Source of the DNA: Bacilli bacterium
GTDB lineage: Bacteria; Bacillota; Bacilli; JACDOE01
DNA length: 64,000 nt
NCBI GenBank assembly: GCA_041686735.1
Contig: JAWLDF010000004.1
Span: forward strand, 69,185-133,184
Direction: 5' to 3'
Of the stretch, positions 45,628 to 56,855 are shown piece after piece. The translations under genes and the position numbers were made by a program. The notes under the pieces were generated by a model, which worked only from the letters and a program-made list of their open reading frames with translations, searched no databases and had not been told where the DNA came from. Every line of letters begins with the position of its first letter. The stretch's first letter is position 1.

Positions 45628-48033
45628 CTAGATAGAATGTAAGGTCTCCCGGATTGAGAGGCGCGATGCTTTCCAGGCTGGATAAGCACTTGCAGCAGCA
45701 GAGCCGACAACAATAAGCATTAACCATATAATAAATGCGGACATAGAAACTGTCTGTGGCAAAGTCGTTTGAAACATCAAATTACCGATCATAGATCCGA
45801 CCACCTTTGAGAGAGGCAGAGATAACAGGACGGCCAGAATCCAGCTCATCATACCGATAAAGACACCTTCGCCAATAATGTTGCGCAAAATTGTTCCTGA
45901 TTTTCCCCCAATGGCACGCATAACACCAAACTCGCGGGTGCGTTCAATGACATTGGTCCCCATGACCGACATGAGGCCGAATACTCCTACCATGGCCATC
46001 AGAACAGCCATCATAACAAAGGTCATCATCAACATGAAAACATGACTGTCAATGGCTTCATCCAGCTCCGTTTCCGTAATATCTGATTGCAATCGAATAC
46101 CTTCATTTTCCAGAGCCTGCTGAATTTCTTGTTTAACCGACACCCGGTGAGCATTACTGTGTTCAGTCATGACCACGCGGACGGCGTTGGTTTGCCCGGA
46201 CAGGCCTGTAACTTGATCATATGTGGCCGGGGACATATAACCGATTGCAGGGCCAATTTCCTTTACGATACCGGAGACTTGAAAAATGGCAGGTCTTCCT
46301 TCGATGGTCAACTGAATGTTATCCCCTGGTTTAACGCCGGGTAGAAAATTACGTGCTGTGTGATTAAGCACGATCGCATTGCTTTCTTCCGGTTGGAACC
46401 ACCGACCTTCTAATAGTGGCAACTCTACCATTTTGGAATCATCAGGAAACGAACGAACCGTAAAGCTGCCATGACTTCCGTCGGGATAAGTATGCACCAC
46501 CGCAAGACCATCCGGCCGGCTGACTGCTGCAGCAGAAATCTTCCATGACTCCACTTTCTCAACACCGGGAACGTTGCTGATCATTGACACAATTTTTTCC
46601 TCTGAGACAAGATGGCTTGTGCGAACTTCAAGATCATAATGGCGATTGGAGGCAGCCTCTGAAAGAAGAGCATTCCAACTGGACTGAATGTTGAGGCTCG
46701 TTAGAAATAATCCGCCTGCGGCAGTTAACAGAGAAAGAGTCAGCACGAGACGCCCCTTTTTACGAAAAGGATTGCGAAGGGACAATAACAGAGTCCGGTC
46801 AACCCCTTTTAATTTGGCAAACAACCTGTCCAATTTATTAAAACCAAACGATTTTCTGGAGTTTTCATAGTCGTTAATCGCTTCCTGGACGGTAATACGA
46901 GCCGCTCCCCAAATGGGGATCATTGCTGTAAGCAGAGGTACCAGAATTCCGAATCCAAACAGGAGCGGATAAGTCCATTCACTGACAGCCTGACTATACA
47001 AAGTGAAGTTGAGCTGGTCAGCAATTATTTGAGCAAATCCTCTTCCTGCCTTAATTCCAAGAGGTCCACCCAGCAATACCGCTATGAAACCCATGCCTGC
47101 AACTAAAATCAGATAAGGCAGAGCGATCTGGCGTGTCTGTGCTCCAATGGCTTTCATGATCCCTATTTCACGAACCTGTCTGGCTAATAACCCCTTGATC
47201 ATGGTTGCAATTAAAATAGAGCTTAGTATCAGCGTCAGGATACTAAAAGTGAATAACATAAGCTGAATGCCGGTGACCTGACTCTGATGAGGGTGTTTCC
47301 CTGGAGGCGGGATTCGAATCTCCTCCACGGTGTATCCCTGTCCTTGCAGCCATCCGGCCAGATTCACTGCCGTTTTTTCAATCACCTCTGCATCGAAGGA
47401 GGAAGGTGTCATCGTTACTTTAAGAATGTTTAAACTGCTTTCCTCTCCCAGCCATTCTAATGTAGAAGGAGTAATATAACCGTAAGCTCTCTGCTCTTGA
47501 CTTGCCGGAGTTAACGCAGGGTCATGAACCACTCCTGATACAAGTATTTCCCTTTTAGAACCGTTCGGCGTTTGAACGGTAAGTTGATCACCTTCTGATG
47601 CCTTTAATAGTGGCAATGCTGTTCTTTCTATTAAAAGAGAGCCTTCCGGCGGGGGCCAATCTCCTGATTGCGGCCAAAACTTATTAATACGTAAGGACTC
47701 AAAATCTTCTATCACAAACAACTGAAGAGGAATCCACTTTTTTTCACTGGTTTCAATTCGTGCAGAAACCCAGGAAGTGAGTTCGGCATCCTTAATACCC
47801 GGTTGATTACGTACCTCTTCAATTAGTGAAGAGTCCAAATTTTCAACCTCCAGCATGGCTGAAGCAGGGTTGGTTTTCAAATAATTGAGATCCAGTTCGC
47901 GTGTAAGGATGGTGTAAGAACTGAAGATCAAGCTGACCCCGAAGATACCAACGAAAAGAGCCATCAGCATGAGAAACAGACGTCCTTTTGCGAGACGAAT
48001 ATCGTTTATAAGCTTTTTCCAACGTGGACTCAT
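45628..48033 (-). CDS. MacB/FtsX-type ABC transporter permease with duplicated FtsX domains.
   Basis: 801 aa carrying two 4-TM FtsX repeats, each preceded by a large extracytoplasmic MacB-like domain. Confidence 0.8.
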   Translation of the reverse strand: MSPRWKKLINDIRLAKGRLFLMLMALFVGIFGVSLIFSSYTILTRELDLNYLKTNPASAMLEVENLDSSLIEEVRNQPGIKDAELTSWVSARIETSEKKWIPLQLFVIEDFESLRINKFWPQSGDWPPPEGSLLIERTALPLLKASEGDQLTVQTPNGSKREILVSGVVHDPALTPASQEQRAYGYITPSTLEWLGEESSLNILKVTMTPSSFDAEVIEKTAVNLAGWLQGQGYTVEEIRIPPPGKHPHQSQVTGIQLMLFTFSILTLILSSILIATMIKGLLARQVREIGIMKAIGAQTRQIALPYLILVAGMGFIAVLLGGPLGIKAGRGFAQIIADQLNFTLYSQAVSEWTYPLLFGFGILVPLLTAMIPIWGAARITVQEAINDYENSRKSFGFNKLDRLFAKLKGVDRTLLLSLRNPFRKKGRLVLTLSLLTAAGGLFLTSLNIQSSWNALLSEAASNRHYDLEVRTSHLVSEEKIVSMISNVPGVEKVESWKISAAAVSRPDGLAVVHTYPDGSHGSFTVRSFPDDSKMVELPLLEGRWFQPEESNAIVLNHTARNFLPGVKPGDNIQLTIEGRPAIFQVSGIVKEIGPAIGYMSPATYDQVTGLSGQTNAVRVVMTEHSNAHRVSVKQEIQQALENEGIRLQSDITETELDEAIDSHVFMLMMTFVMMAVLMAMVGVFGLMSVMGTNVIERTREFGVMRAIGGKSGTILRNIIGEGVFIGMMSWILAVLLSLPLSKVVGSMIGNLMFQTTLPQTVSMSAFIIWLMLIVVGSAAASAYPAWKASRLSIRETLHSI

Positions 48034-48738
48034 TTACTTCACCGCCTCCGAATACTGTTCGGATACCACTCTGCCATCGGACAGAATAATCGACCGGGTA
48101 AAGTGCTGGTTTAAATCACGTTCATGCGTAACCATAACGACGGTTTTACCCTCACGTACCAAATCAGCAAACAAATCGAGAACCACTTCAGAAGTCATGG
48201 AATCAAGATTACCGGTTGGTTCATCGGCTACCAGAATTGGAGGATCATTGGCGAGAGCGCGTGCGATTGCTGCCCGCTGTTGCTGACCACCGGATAAATC
48301 AGCAGGCAGCTTGTCTGCCTGATCTGCTATTCCTACCTTATCCAGAAGATTGATGGCCCGTTGGCGTCGCTCGCTGGAAGGGTATCTATTGCAAAAATCC
48401 ATAGGCAACATAACATTCTCTGCAACCGAAAGGGAGGGGAGCAACTGAAAAAATTGAAAAATGATGCCCACGTTTAAACCGCGCCAGATGGCTAACTCCT
48501 CCTGGTTCATGGAGTGTACAGGGGCAGAGGCAACCCATACCTCTCCGGAAGTGGGGCTGTCGATTCCGGTAATCATATTAATCAGAGTGGATTTTCCGCT
48601 GCCAGATTTACCGACTACGGCAATAAACTCTCCCCTGTCCACTGACAGACTGACATCCTTTAAAGCCCAGAACGGTCCGGTCGGGGTATCAAAGCTTTTA
48701 CTCACATTATTTAATGTAATTAATATCGAATCATTCAT
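48034..48738 (-). CDS. ABC transporter ATP-binding protein (MacB/LolD type).
   Basis: Walker [10 protein letters not shown], signature [15 protein letters not shown] and Walker B ILVADEP. The start was set at the ATG after AGGAGGA. Confidence 0.85.
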   Translation of the reverse strand: MNDSILITLNNVSKSFDTPTGPFWALKDVSLSVDRGEFIAVVGKSGSGKSTLINMITGIDSPTSGEVWVASAPVHSMNQEELAIWRGLNVGIIFQFFQLLPSLSVAENVMLPMDFCNRYPSSERRQRAINLLDKVGIADQADKLPADLSGGQQQRAAIARALANDPPILVADEPTGNLDSMTSEVVLDLFADLVREGKTVVMVTHERDLNQHFTRSIILSDGRVVSEQYSEAVK

Positions 48739-48760
48739 ATTTTTTAATCCTCCTTGAAAA

Positions 48761-48830
48761 AAATATTGAACACTGTGTTTGAAAAAATTATAATGTTCAT
48801 GAACACAGTGTTCAATAATCAATGTTATCC
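48761..48830. promoter_or_regulatory. Large palindromic operator in the divergent promoter region between the ABC exporter and the TetR gene.
   Basis: TTGAACACTGTGTT-(22 nt containing TATAAT)-AACACAGTGTTCAA is a perfect 14-bp inverted repeat. Confidence 0.55.
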
Positions 48831-48887
48831 CTTTTGTCCGATATGGGATAAACCAGGTTAAATTGTTCAATAACGGAGGGATTTTTC

Positions 48888-49469
48888 GTGAATAAAAACG
48901 ACAGGCGGGTAAGACGTACGCGCGGAATGTTACAGGAAGCTTTATTACATTTGATTGTAGAAAAGGGGTACGATGATATTACCGTGCAGGATATTATCGA
49001 TCGGGCAGACGTGGGGAGGTCGACGTTTTATTTTCATTTTATGGATAAAGAGGATTTACTGGAGTGGAGTATAAACCAACTCCGTGCATATATAGAAATG
49101 CAACAGAAGGGAGTTCAGCCTGTTGTCAAGAATTCTGGGGAAATCCAGTTGGGAACCAGCATGGCTATGCTGGATCACGCAAAGGACCATAAGGAGCTGT
49201 ATCAGGCCGTTACGGGCAGGCAAAGTGGAGCCGTTATTCTCCATTATTTTAAAGGGATGTTAAGAGATTTGTTCGAGGATGAAATGGGAACAGTGTTAAC
49301 CAGAGCAACTCCATCTTTAAAAATCCCGCATAGTCTGGCCGTTGATTTTGTGGTGAATACGTTTTGGACGGTTTTGACCTGGTGGATGGACAATGATATC
49401 CCCTGTTCGGTTGCAGAGGCAGACAAGACATTTCTCCAATTGGTGCATTCGGGGATGTATGGTGATTGA
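48888..49469 (+). CDS. TetR-family transcriptional regulator.
   Basis: HTH ...[37 protein letters not shown]. Confidence 0.8.
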   Translation: MNKNDRRVRRTRGMLQEALLHLIVEKGYDDITVQDIIDRADVGRSTFYFHFMDKEDLLEWSINQLRAYIEMQQKGVQPVVKNSGEIQLGTSMAMLDHAKDHKELYQAVTGRQSGAVILHYFKGMLRDLFEDEMGTVLTRATPSLKIPHSLAVDFVVNTFWTVLTWWMDNDIPCSVAEADKTFLQLVHSGMYGD

Positions 49470-49525
49470 GAAGGAAAAAAGTTGCATATAATCTTATGAG
49501 TTGAGTAGAGCACTCCTGTCTTAAA

Positions 49526-50362
49526 TCATTTTTTCCTTTGTTTAATCCATCTTTCTACTTTTTTATAATTATTGTTTGCTTCATCAGATCCATGTCCTGA
49601 CTGCAAACTCATAATGTCCTGGTATGAAAATCCTTTTACATTCCCCCACTTTTTCCAAGGCTTCTTATCATATTTGTTATGTTTATAATATTTAGTTGGG
49701 ATTATTGAACCGGGAGCATAATTATATGTTCCCGTGTTAGCGGGGTCGGAAACTATTTTTCCGGTAGCTGTATTATATACAGCCTCAAATCTGCCATCTG
49801 CTGATAAAAACTTAACATTTAATGCTCCATTCGTATCTCCAAAGTAAAACCTATGAAACTTTGAACTAAATAACTTCCATTCACCTCGGGCAGCCAAATC
49901 AATCATATCGTCTAAATGAGCAGGTGCTCCACTATAAGAGTTCAACCTGTTTCTAAAGAAATGCATACGTTCTGTGATACTATCTAATTTTCTAATATTT
50001 TCATCAAATGTTTCAAAGAATTGATAAAAGTTTTCGTGATTCGTTAAAGCGTCAGGTTTTTTCTCTAAATCATCCATCATTTGATTAATGACTGCTGTTG
50101 CCGCTATCTCCTCTGAATCATCAAAAACATACCACTTTTCATTTTCCATTTTTACTTGTTGGAATAATTTATTCAGTTCTTTAAAATATTTATCGGAGAG
50201 AAATTCACTACTTACAGGGGAATCTACTTTTGGTCGATTTCCGTTTTCGGTTGAAACGATGCCGGTTCCATTACGCCAATAGGATGTTTCATCTGCATAA
50301 CAACCTAAAAACAATACAATAAAAAATATAATTAAACTGAAACCAACCATTTTTTTAACCAT
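49526..50362 (-). CDS. Hypothetical lipoprotein encoded in an AT-rich island.
   Basis: Lipobox LFLGC, Lys/Asn/Tyr-rich composition and low GC. Confidence 0.45.
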   Translation of the reverse strand: MVKKMVGFSLIIFFIVLFLGCYADETSYWRNGTGIVSTENGNRPKVDSPVSSEFLSDKYFKELNKLFQQVKMENEKWYVFDDSEEIAATAVINQMMDDLEKKPDALTNHENFYQFFETFDENIRKLDSITERMHFFRNRLNSYSGAPAHLDDMIDLAARGEWKLFSSKFHRFYFGDTNGALNVKFLSADGRFEAVYNTATGKIVSDPANTGTYNYAPGSIIPTKYYKHNKYDKKPWKKWGNVKGFSYQDIMSLQSGHGSDEANNNYKKVERWIKQRKK

Positions 50363-50417
50363 GATTCACTTTCCTTTTAAAAGCTATTTCCTGCCACAGA
50401 CTCTAACACATCTTTTC

Positions 50418-50810
50418 CTATGCTTTAATCTTTTTAATCATGTTCATCGCCCTTAGAATTAATGCTACAAATAGTAACTCAGCGAAAAGTAATAAATACA
50501 TGAATAAATTGGGAGAACCATCCACTACAAATCCAATCATACGACCGGCCGCAGTTAAACCAATTACCAGCAATGATGCTACCAGTCCAATATGAATTCT
50601 ATCTATTTTTCGGGAACAATAACCAAAGAACCAACCAATTCCCAGAGCCATCCCTCCATAGGTCGCACGTATGTCTATTAATCCGTTAGTTGTATCTGGA
50701 GTTGAATTTGTAATGAGTCCGGAAGAGTATTCAGGTGCAACAATAAAAGCTACTCCAAATACCACAAACAAAACGCTATTAATTAAAAGAAGATTTTTGG
50801 GAAATTGCAC
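50418..50810 (-). CDS. Small membrane protein (DUF4345-like, 4 TM).
   Basis: GTG start with AAGGAGGA 6 nt upstream. Confidence 0.4.
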   Translation of the reverse strand: MQFPKNLLLINSVLFVVFGVAFIVAPEYSSGLITNSTPDTTNGLIDIRATYGGMALGIGWFFGYCSRKIDRIHIGLVASLLVIGLTAAGRMIGFVVDGSPNLFMYLLLFAELLFVALILRAMNMIKKIKA

Positions 50811-51245
50811 GTTCAGTCCTCCTTCGCAATGAAAATCACTTATACTTAATTTCTCCAAACCTTGACAATTCCCTCCATAAAAATTATTATCCCTAAAACA
50901 TCCGGAAAATCCATCGGGATTTTCCGGTTTTTTCTGTGCCGTTCAACCGGTTCCCGTAAAATTTTACACCCCAAATTTTATAGAAAAAAGTTGATAGGGA
51001 GTCTGATAGATTGCGAGAAAAAGTATAGTACAATTTCATATTTATCATTCAATCCCGCGTCTGTGCCAGTTTATCTGTCCGCGGGGCAAATTGGCTCACC
51101 GGGCCAAAGGATTTTGCCAGAGAAGAAAATGTGGAAGGAGGGTTCGAGCATGTAGAGCAATGCTGAGGTGTCCAGAAGGTGTCCAGACAGTCGGAGATTC
51201 GTGTCACATGTGTTTACGCAAAAAAATCGGAGGAGGATGTGTGAA

Positions 51246-52967
51246 ATGAAAGGGAAAAAATTAGCGTTTGCTTTGCTTTCGGCTACACTGCTTTTTGCTC
51301 CGGTGTACGGCGGGGCACAGGGAAAAACGGATCATCAGGTGCAAAAGCCCGCGCTTGAACAAAAAGAAATGCCTGCTGCGATGGTCAATAAAAATGGAAA
51401 CAAGTTGTTTGACAACCTGGAAGAAAAATTGGCGAAGATGAATGCACAGGACAAGCTGCCTGTCATCATCCGCTTCGATCGCAGCAAGCTCAACGATAAA
51501 GCAGAAACCGCATTAGAAAAACAGATTGGTAAATTTTCCATTAAATATAAGTATAGCATCATCGACGGGATGGCGGCAACACTCACCAAACAACAGATTG
51601 AACAACTGGATCGGATTCCCTTTATCGAACAGATTGAATATGATGCAGAAATGAAGATGAGCATGTCTACGGCAAATTACTGGTTCGGTACCAATAAAGC
51701 GCGTACTGACTTTTCTGTGACGGGTGATCGCGACGGAAACCCCTCTTCATACAGCAAAAATGATATCGTCATTGCCGTCATTGATACCGGAATTGATGCC
51801 GGTCATGTGGACCTTGACAACGGCAAAGTGATCGGCTGGAAAGATTTTGTCAACAACCGCTCCACGCCGTATGACGATCAGGGACACGGCACCCATGTCT
51901 CCGGAATTGCGGCCGGGGAAGGGGATGGAAACAGCCAGTATAAAGGTGTGGCACCGGGTGCAGCCCTGGTCGGAGTCAAAGTACTCGATTCCAACGGAAG
52001 CGGAACGATGAGTGATGTTACCGCTGGTATTGACTGGGCCGTACAGAACAAAGATGTATATGGCATTGAGGTTCTCAACCTGAGTCTGGGAAGTTCGGCC
52101 AGTTCCGACGGAACGGACTCTACCTCACAGGCCGTAAACAATGCCGTTGATGCCGGACTGGTGGTGGCGGTGGCTGCAGGAAACAGCGGGCCTGCCAGAT
52201 ATACGATCGGCTCGCCGGCTGCTGCGGAAAAAGCCTTGACCGTCGGTGCAGCGGCGGATCCCGGAGAAAACGGATTTTTCCTTGCAGAGTTCTCCAGTCG
52301 CGGCTACACTGCGGACAATCGGGTAAAGCCGGACATCGTTGCTCCCGGGTATAACATCACAGCACCTCAGGCCGGAACGACGAGTGGCTATGTTACTTAC
52401 AGCGGAACGAGCATGGCTACCCCGTTCATGGCCGGAACCGTTGCACTGATGCTGGATGCCAATCCCGCCATGTCCCCGACAACAGTGAAAAATCACATTT
52501 TCAATACGGCGCATGATTGGGGACCGGCAGGCAAAGATATTGACTATGGTTACGGCAGACTGGATGGATATGATGCAATTCGCAGTGCCGGCGGATTCAG
52601 CGGCAGCAACATCAGTGTGCCCAATCACTTCTATGAGTCCGACTCTCTGCCGGGACGGGGATACAGCGACTGGTTCGAGATTGAGGTTACCGACAGCAGT
52701 GATCCCATCGCTGTCACGATGATTATGCCGAACTGGACATCAAGCTGGTTCTCTTCCAGCCCGGATTTTGACATCTACCTCTATGATCCTTCCGGAAATC
52801 AGGTGGCCAGTTCCACCGGCGTCAAACGTCAGGAAACGATCGCCTTCGATCCGTCTGTCACGGGAAATTACCAGTTGGAGGTTTACTCCTACAGTGACAG
52901 CGGAAACTACTTCTTTGACGTAAGCGCAGGAGCAAGTTCGGTTACGCAGATTGCCGATAACAATTAA
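51246..52967 (+). CDS. Secreted subtilisin-like serine protease (S8) with an I9 propeptide and a C-terminal PPC/pre-peptidase domain.
   Basis: Signal peptide, then the catalytic triad blocks VIDTGID..., HGTHVSG... and GTSMATPFMAG. RBS GGAGGAGGA. Confidence 0.85.
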   Translation: MKGKKLAFALLSATLLFAPVYGGAQGKTDHQVQKPALEQKEMPAAMVNKNGNKLFDNLEEKLAKMNAQDKLPVIIRFDRSKLNDKAETALEKQIGKFSIKYKYSIIDGMAATLTKQQIEQLDRIPFIEQIEYDAEMKMSMSTANYWFGTNKARTDFSVTGDRDGNPSSYSKNDIVIAVIDTGIDAGHVDLDNGKVIGWKDFVNNRSTPYDDQGHGTHVSGIAAGEGDGNSQYKGVAPGAALVGVKVLDSNGSGTMSDVTAGIDWAVQNKDVYGIEVLNLSLGSSASSDGTDSTSQAVNNAVDAGLVVAVAAGNSGPARYTIGSPAAAEKALTVGAAADPGENGFFLAEFSSRGYTADNRVKPDIVAPGYNITAPQAGTTSGYVTYSGTSMATPFMAGTVALMLDANPAMSPTTVKNHIFNTAHDWGPAGKDIDYGYGRLDGYDAIRSAGGFSGSNISVPNHFYESDSLPGRGYSDWFEIEVTDSSDPIAVTMIMPNWTSSWFSSSPDFDIYLYDPSGNQVASSTGVKRQETIAFDPSVTGNYQLEVYSYSDSGNYFFDVSAGASSVTQIADNN

Positions 52968-53105
52968 GTGAATTAACGGTGGTGACCGGGGCCGTCTTAA
53001 GGATGAAATCCTTTAAGACGGTCTCTTTTTTCATTATGGTATAATTTTTACAAGGATAATAAACTGATGGCAGGGCCTTTAGGGAAAAAGGGGGAAGGAT
53101 GGTTC

Positions 53106-54329
53106 GTGAAGAGGAAACGGCTCGTCCTGGCGCTGGTTCTGCTCACCATCTTCTATCTGGCAATCCAACCCGATTATCAATCATTCCAATACATAAGCAG
53201 AACGATTCGCTGGGGTAACTCGGACGTTCAAGATTATCTGAAGTTTCCATACAGGGAGATGCAAAACGGTGAAACCGTGTTTCAGTTTCAATATGACCTT
53301 CAGGAAGAATCTATGAACACTTTGATCGGTAATACTAACTATACTTATAAAGGAAAACCATATAAAATCGGTGATCCCGAACGATTTTTTGCCGAAACGG
53401 ATACAACGGCATTTATCGTTATACAGAATGATCGAATCATTTATGAAAAGTATGCAAGCGGATATGCTGAAGATTCCATTTTCACTTCTTTTTCTATGGC
53501 GAAATCATTTGTATCATTTTTGATTGGAAGGGCAATTGACGACGGGTATATTGAGAATGTCGATGAACCGATTACAAACTATATCCCTGAGTTAAAGGAA
53601 AAAGGGTTCGAGCGGGTGACGATCAAACATCTTTTAAAAATGGCTTCAGGTATTCATTATCAAGAAGGAAGGTTGTTTTTCGGTGACGACGCCAAAACCT
53701 ATTATTCTCCCAACCTCACAAGGTTAGCACTCGAAGAAACATACCTTTCCGAAACTCCCGGAGAAAAATTCTGGTATAACAATTACAATCCTTTGTTACT
53801 GGGTATCATCATCGAAAGAGCAACCGGGCTAAGTGTTTCACAATATCTCGAGGAGACACTCTGGTCACGGATCGGAATGGAATATTCGGCCTCATGGAGC
53901 ACGGACAGTGACAAAAATAACTTCGAAAAAATGGAAAGCGGGATTAACGCACGTGCCATCGACTATGCAAAGTTTGGCAGACTTTTTTTACAAGGTGGTA
54001 ATTGGGATGGGCAGCAAATCATCTCTGAAAAATGGGTAAAGGAATCAACGATGCCTGACGTGACGGAAAACAGGAAGAACTATTATTCCAATTATGATGA
54101 CTGGTCATTTTTTCGTGAAGATAATGGCTACTATCAATACATGTGGTGGGGTTTCGAACGAAGCAACGGTCAGTACGATTTCTTTGCTTATGGAAAATAT
54201 GGTCAGGTCTTGTATGTCAGTCCCCAAAACAATCTTATCATCGTCCGTCTCGGTAAAAAAGAGGGGAAAGTTGACTGGTGGCCGGAAATCATGTATCAAT
54301 TGTCGGAAGGAGGCAGATCCAATGATTGA
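53106..54329 (+). CDS. Beta-lactamase-family serine hydrolase (class C/PBP4*-like), membrane-anchored.
   Basis: SxxK active-site motif (FSMAKSF) and a YxN-like element. It has an N-terminal TM anchor. The start was set at GTG after GGAAGG; the track begins at 53067. Confidence 0.7.
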   Translation: MKRKRLVLALVLLTIFYLAIQPDYQSFQYISRTIRWGNSDVQDYLKFPYREMQNGETVFQFQYDLQEESMNTLIGNTNYTYKGKPYKIGDPERFFAETDTTAFIVIQNDRIIYEKYASGYAEDSIFTSFSMAKSFVSFLIGRAIDDGYIENVDEPITNYIPELKEKGFERVTIKHLLKMASGIHYQEGRLFFGDDAKTYYSPNLTRLALEETYLSETPGEKFWYNNYNPLLLGIIIERATGLSVSQYLEETLWSRIGMEYSASWSTDSDKNNFEKMESGINARAIDYAKFGRLFLQGGNWDGQQIISEKWVKESTMPDVTENRKNYYSNYDDWSFFREDNGYYQYMWWGFERSNGQYDFFAYGKYGQVLYVSPQNNLIIVRLGKKEGKVDWWPEIMYQLSEGGRSND

Positions 54330-54395
54330 CATCCCTGCAATTGATAACACCATCACCTGCTTCTTCGTCATCTACTCTTCTTTTGATCAAAAAAT

Positions 54396-54462
54396 AAAAA
54401 GCTGGATTTGATGCAGACCGGCCGAACGGAGTGAGGGAAAGGCAAATCAAATCCAGCTTTTT
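54396..54462. repeat. Copy 3 of the ~50-bp palindromic repeat family, forming a terminator hairpin.
   Basis: AAAAAGCT-GGATTTGATGCAGACCGGCCGAACGGAGTGAGGGAAAGGCAAATCAAATCC-AGCTTTTT. It has 2 mismatches to copy 2. Confidence 0.7.
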
Positions 54463-54536
54463 ATTGTTCCTGTTTTGCGTTTGACTGCGGGCACGGATAT
54501 AATATAACGTGAAAATTATGGTACGGTGGTGCGGTC

Positions 54537-55616
54537 ATGACAAACGGCAAACAATCACGACGGGATGAATTTTCCCTCATTCATTTTTTAACGGGACAGG
54601 CGGTTTCGCGAAGTTCACAACATCCGTTTCTTGAAATTCCGGTTGGTGACGATGCAGCCGTTTTCACCATCGCTGATGGAATGAACGTCGTGACAAGCTG
54701 TGATACCATGGTGGAACATGTCCATTTTACACGACAGACCCTTACTCCGGAGGACATCGGTTACAAATCACTGGCGGTCAATCTCAGTGATATTGCTGCG
54801 ATGGGGGGGATCCCCCGATTTTACCTGGTCGCACTTGCCATTCCGCAGCAATGGGGAGATGAGGAGTTAAAACAGATCTACCATGGCATGGATGAACTGG
54901 CTCAAACCTATGATGTCCATCTGATCGGCGGAGATACCGTTGCCACTTCCGGACCGCTGACCATCACCGTCACTGTACTGGGAGAAGTGGAAAAGGGAAA
55001 AGCAATCCCCCGTTCCGGCGCACGCCCCGGAGATATCCTGTTTGTGACCGGTCATCTGGGAGCTTCTGCTGCGGGACTTCATCTGTTAATGAATAACGGC
55101 GGAGACGGATTCATGACATCGCACGGGGAAGGGGAAGTTCAAGATGAACAGCACCCTAATGCACCGTTGATTCTGTCACACCGTCGTCCCCTACCCGGAG
55201 TTGAGGCGGGAAGGATCATGCTTAAGAACGGACATGTCCATGCCCTCAATGATATCAGCGACGGACTTGCTTCTGAAGCATGGGAGATTGCAGATGCCAG
55301 CGGTGTCACACTGATTCTGGAAGAATCGCGCATCCCGGTGTTGCCTGAAACGGTCTCATATGCGCGGAAGCAACAGGCCAGCATCAGGGAATGGGTCTGT
55401 TATGGAGGAGAGGATTACCAATTGCTGGGCACGGTGGCGCAATCGGCATGGCCTTCACTGGAGAAGCAAATGAAGGAAGCCGGAATCGCCCTTTCGGCCA
55501 TCGGACGAGTGGAAGAAGGCACATCTGCCGTCCTCTGGATCGATCAAAACGGACGCCAATCTCCACTGAAGGCGAAGGGATACAATCATTTCTCCGCAAA
55601 AATAAACGAAAACTGA
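54537..55616 (+). CDS. thiL: Thiamine-monophosphate kinase.
   Basis: AIR-synthase-related fold (...GDDAAV...VTSCDTMVEHVHF..., ...GGDTV...). Its position immediately upstream of tsaE matches Bacillus. Confidence 0.8.
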   Translation: MTNGKQSRRDEFSLIHFLTGQAVSRSSQHPFLEIPVGDDAAVFTIADGMNVVTSCDTMVEHVHFTRQTLTPEDIGYKSLAVNLSDIAAMGGIPRFYLVALAIPQQWGDEELKQIYHGMDELAQTYDVHLIGGDTVATSGPLTITVTVLGEVEKGKAIPRSGARPGDILFVTGHLGASAAGLHLLMNNGGDGFMTSHGEGEVQDEQHPNAPLILSHRRPLPGVEAGRIMLKNGHVHALNDISDGLASEAWEIADASGVTLILEESRIPVLPETVSYARKQQASIREWVCYGGEDYQLLGTVAQSAWPSLEKQMKEAGIALSAIGRVEEGTSAVLWIDQNGRQSPLKAKGYNHFSAKINEN

Positions 55617-55641
55617 GCGGGACAAACGGGGTGAACATCGC

Positions 55642-56109
55642 ATGAGTGATCGTGAAACAAAGTGGGAATGGATCACCGAATCGGTAGAAGAAACGAAAGA
55701 ACTGGCGCGCCGTCTGGCCGATTATCTTGCCCCCGGCGATCTCCTGACCTTAGAAGGTGATCTCGGTGCTGGTAAAACCAGTTTCACGCAGGGACTTGCT
55801 CAGGGACTGCAAGTGCGGGACGTCGTCAACAGTCCCACTTTTACCATTATAAAAGAATACCAGGGGCGAATCCCCCTCTATCATATGGATGTCTATCGTG
55901 TGGGAGAGGAACTGGAGAGCCTCGGTTATGAAGAATATTTTTATGGGGACGGGGTCACGGTGGTGGAATGGGCCGGACTGGTCGAAGATCTGCTTCCATC
56001 CGAACGTCTCGATATTCGTATCGAAAAAGAAGGGGACGAGCGGCGCCGGCTCATTTTTGCACCCCGTGGAGCGAGATTTGAATCTATTTGCAAGGAGATC
56101 GGAAAATGA
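55642..56109 (+). CDS. tsaE: tRNA t6A37 biosynthesis ATPase TsaE (YdiB).
   Basis: P-loop GDLGAGKTSFTQG and a length of 155 aa. Confidence 0.85.
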   Translation: MSDRETKWEWITESVEETKELARRLADYLAPGDLLTLEGDLGAGKTSFTQGLAQGLQVRDVVNSPTFTIIKEYQGRIPLYHMDVYRVGEELESLGYEEYFYGDGVTVVEWAGLVEDLLPSERLDIRIEKEGDERRRLIFAPRGARFESICKEIGK

Positions 56110-56855
56110 ACGTTTTAGGAATCGATACCTCAAACATGGTATTAAGTATTGCCCTGGTGGATGACGAAAGATTGCGCGGCGAATACACCACCAATATGAA
56201 GAAAAATCATTCGATTCGTCTGATGCCGGCACTGGATCGTCTGCTGACCGACCTGGAAATGGCGCCCGATGAATTGAACGGTATCGCGGTGGCGGAGGGG
56301 CCAGGTTCCTATACCGGCGTACGGATCGGCGTGACGGCAGCCAAGTCGATGGCATGGGCCCTCGGGATTCCGTTGGTCGGAGTGTCGAGTTTGAAGGCGA
56401 TGGCCATGAACGGACTTTTTTTTGACGGCTGGGTCAGTCCTCTGATCGATGCGCGCCGGGGACAGGTATACACAGGGCTCTATCAACCTGCATCGGAACA
56501 TGTACGTGATCTGGACTTGGTGGAGCAGGACCGCATTATTCTGCTGGAACAATGGCTGGATCAACTGTCACAAAGCGATCGGCCGGTGTTGTTCGTGGGA
56601 GATGATGTTCACCTGCATCGGGAGCACATCGAGGAGCGTTTGGGAGCGAATGCCCGTTTTTTATCCCCGGAAGGAAATATTCCGCGTGCAGCCCATATTG
56701 CCAGACTGGGACTTCGCAGGCTGCAACAGCGACAACAGAACGAACACACTGAACTTCACACCTTTGCCCCGGCCTATTTGCAACTGGCTGAAGCGGAAGC
56801 GAAATGGCTCAGCCGGCAAAAAGATCAACAGCAGACGGAAGGATCGGCCAAATGA
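56106..56855 (+). CDS. tsaB: tRNA t6A37 biosynthesis protein TsaB (YdiC).
   Basis: MNVLGIDTSN... is the inactive Kae1/Gcp paralogue. ATGA overlap with tsaE. Confidence 0.85.
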   Translation: MNVLGIDTSNMVLSIALVDDERLRGEYTTNMKKNHSIRLMPALDRLLTDLEMAPDELNGIAVAEGPGSYTGVRIGVTAAKSMAWALGIPLVGVSSLKAMAMNGLFFDGWVSPLIDARRGQVYTGLYQPASEHVRDLDLVEQDRIILLEQWLDQLSQSDRPVLFVGDDVHLHREHIEERLGANARFLSPEGNIPRAAHIARLGLRRLQQRQQNEHTELHTFAPAYLQLAEAEAKWLSRQKDQQQTEGSAK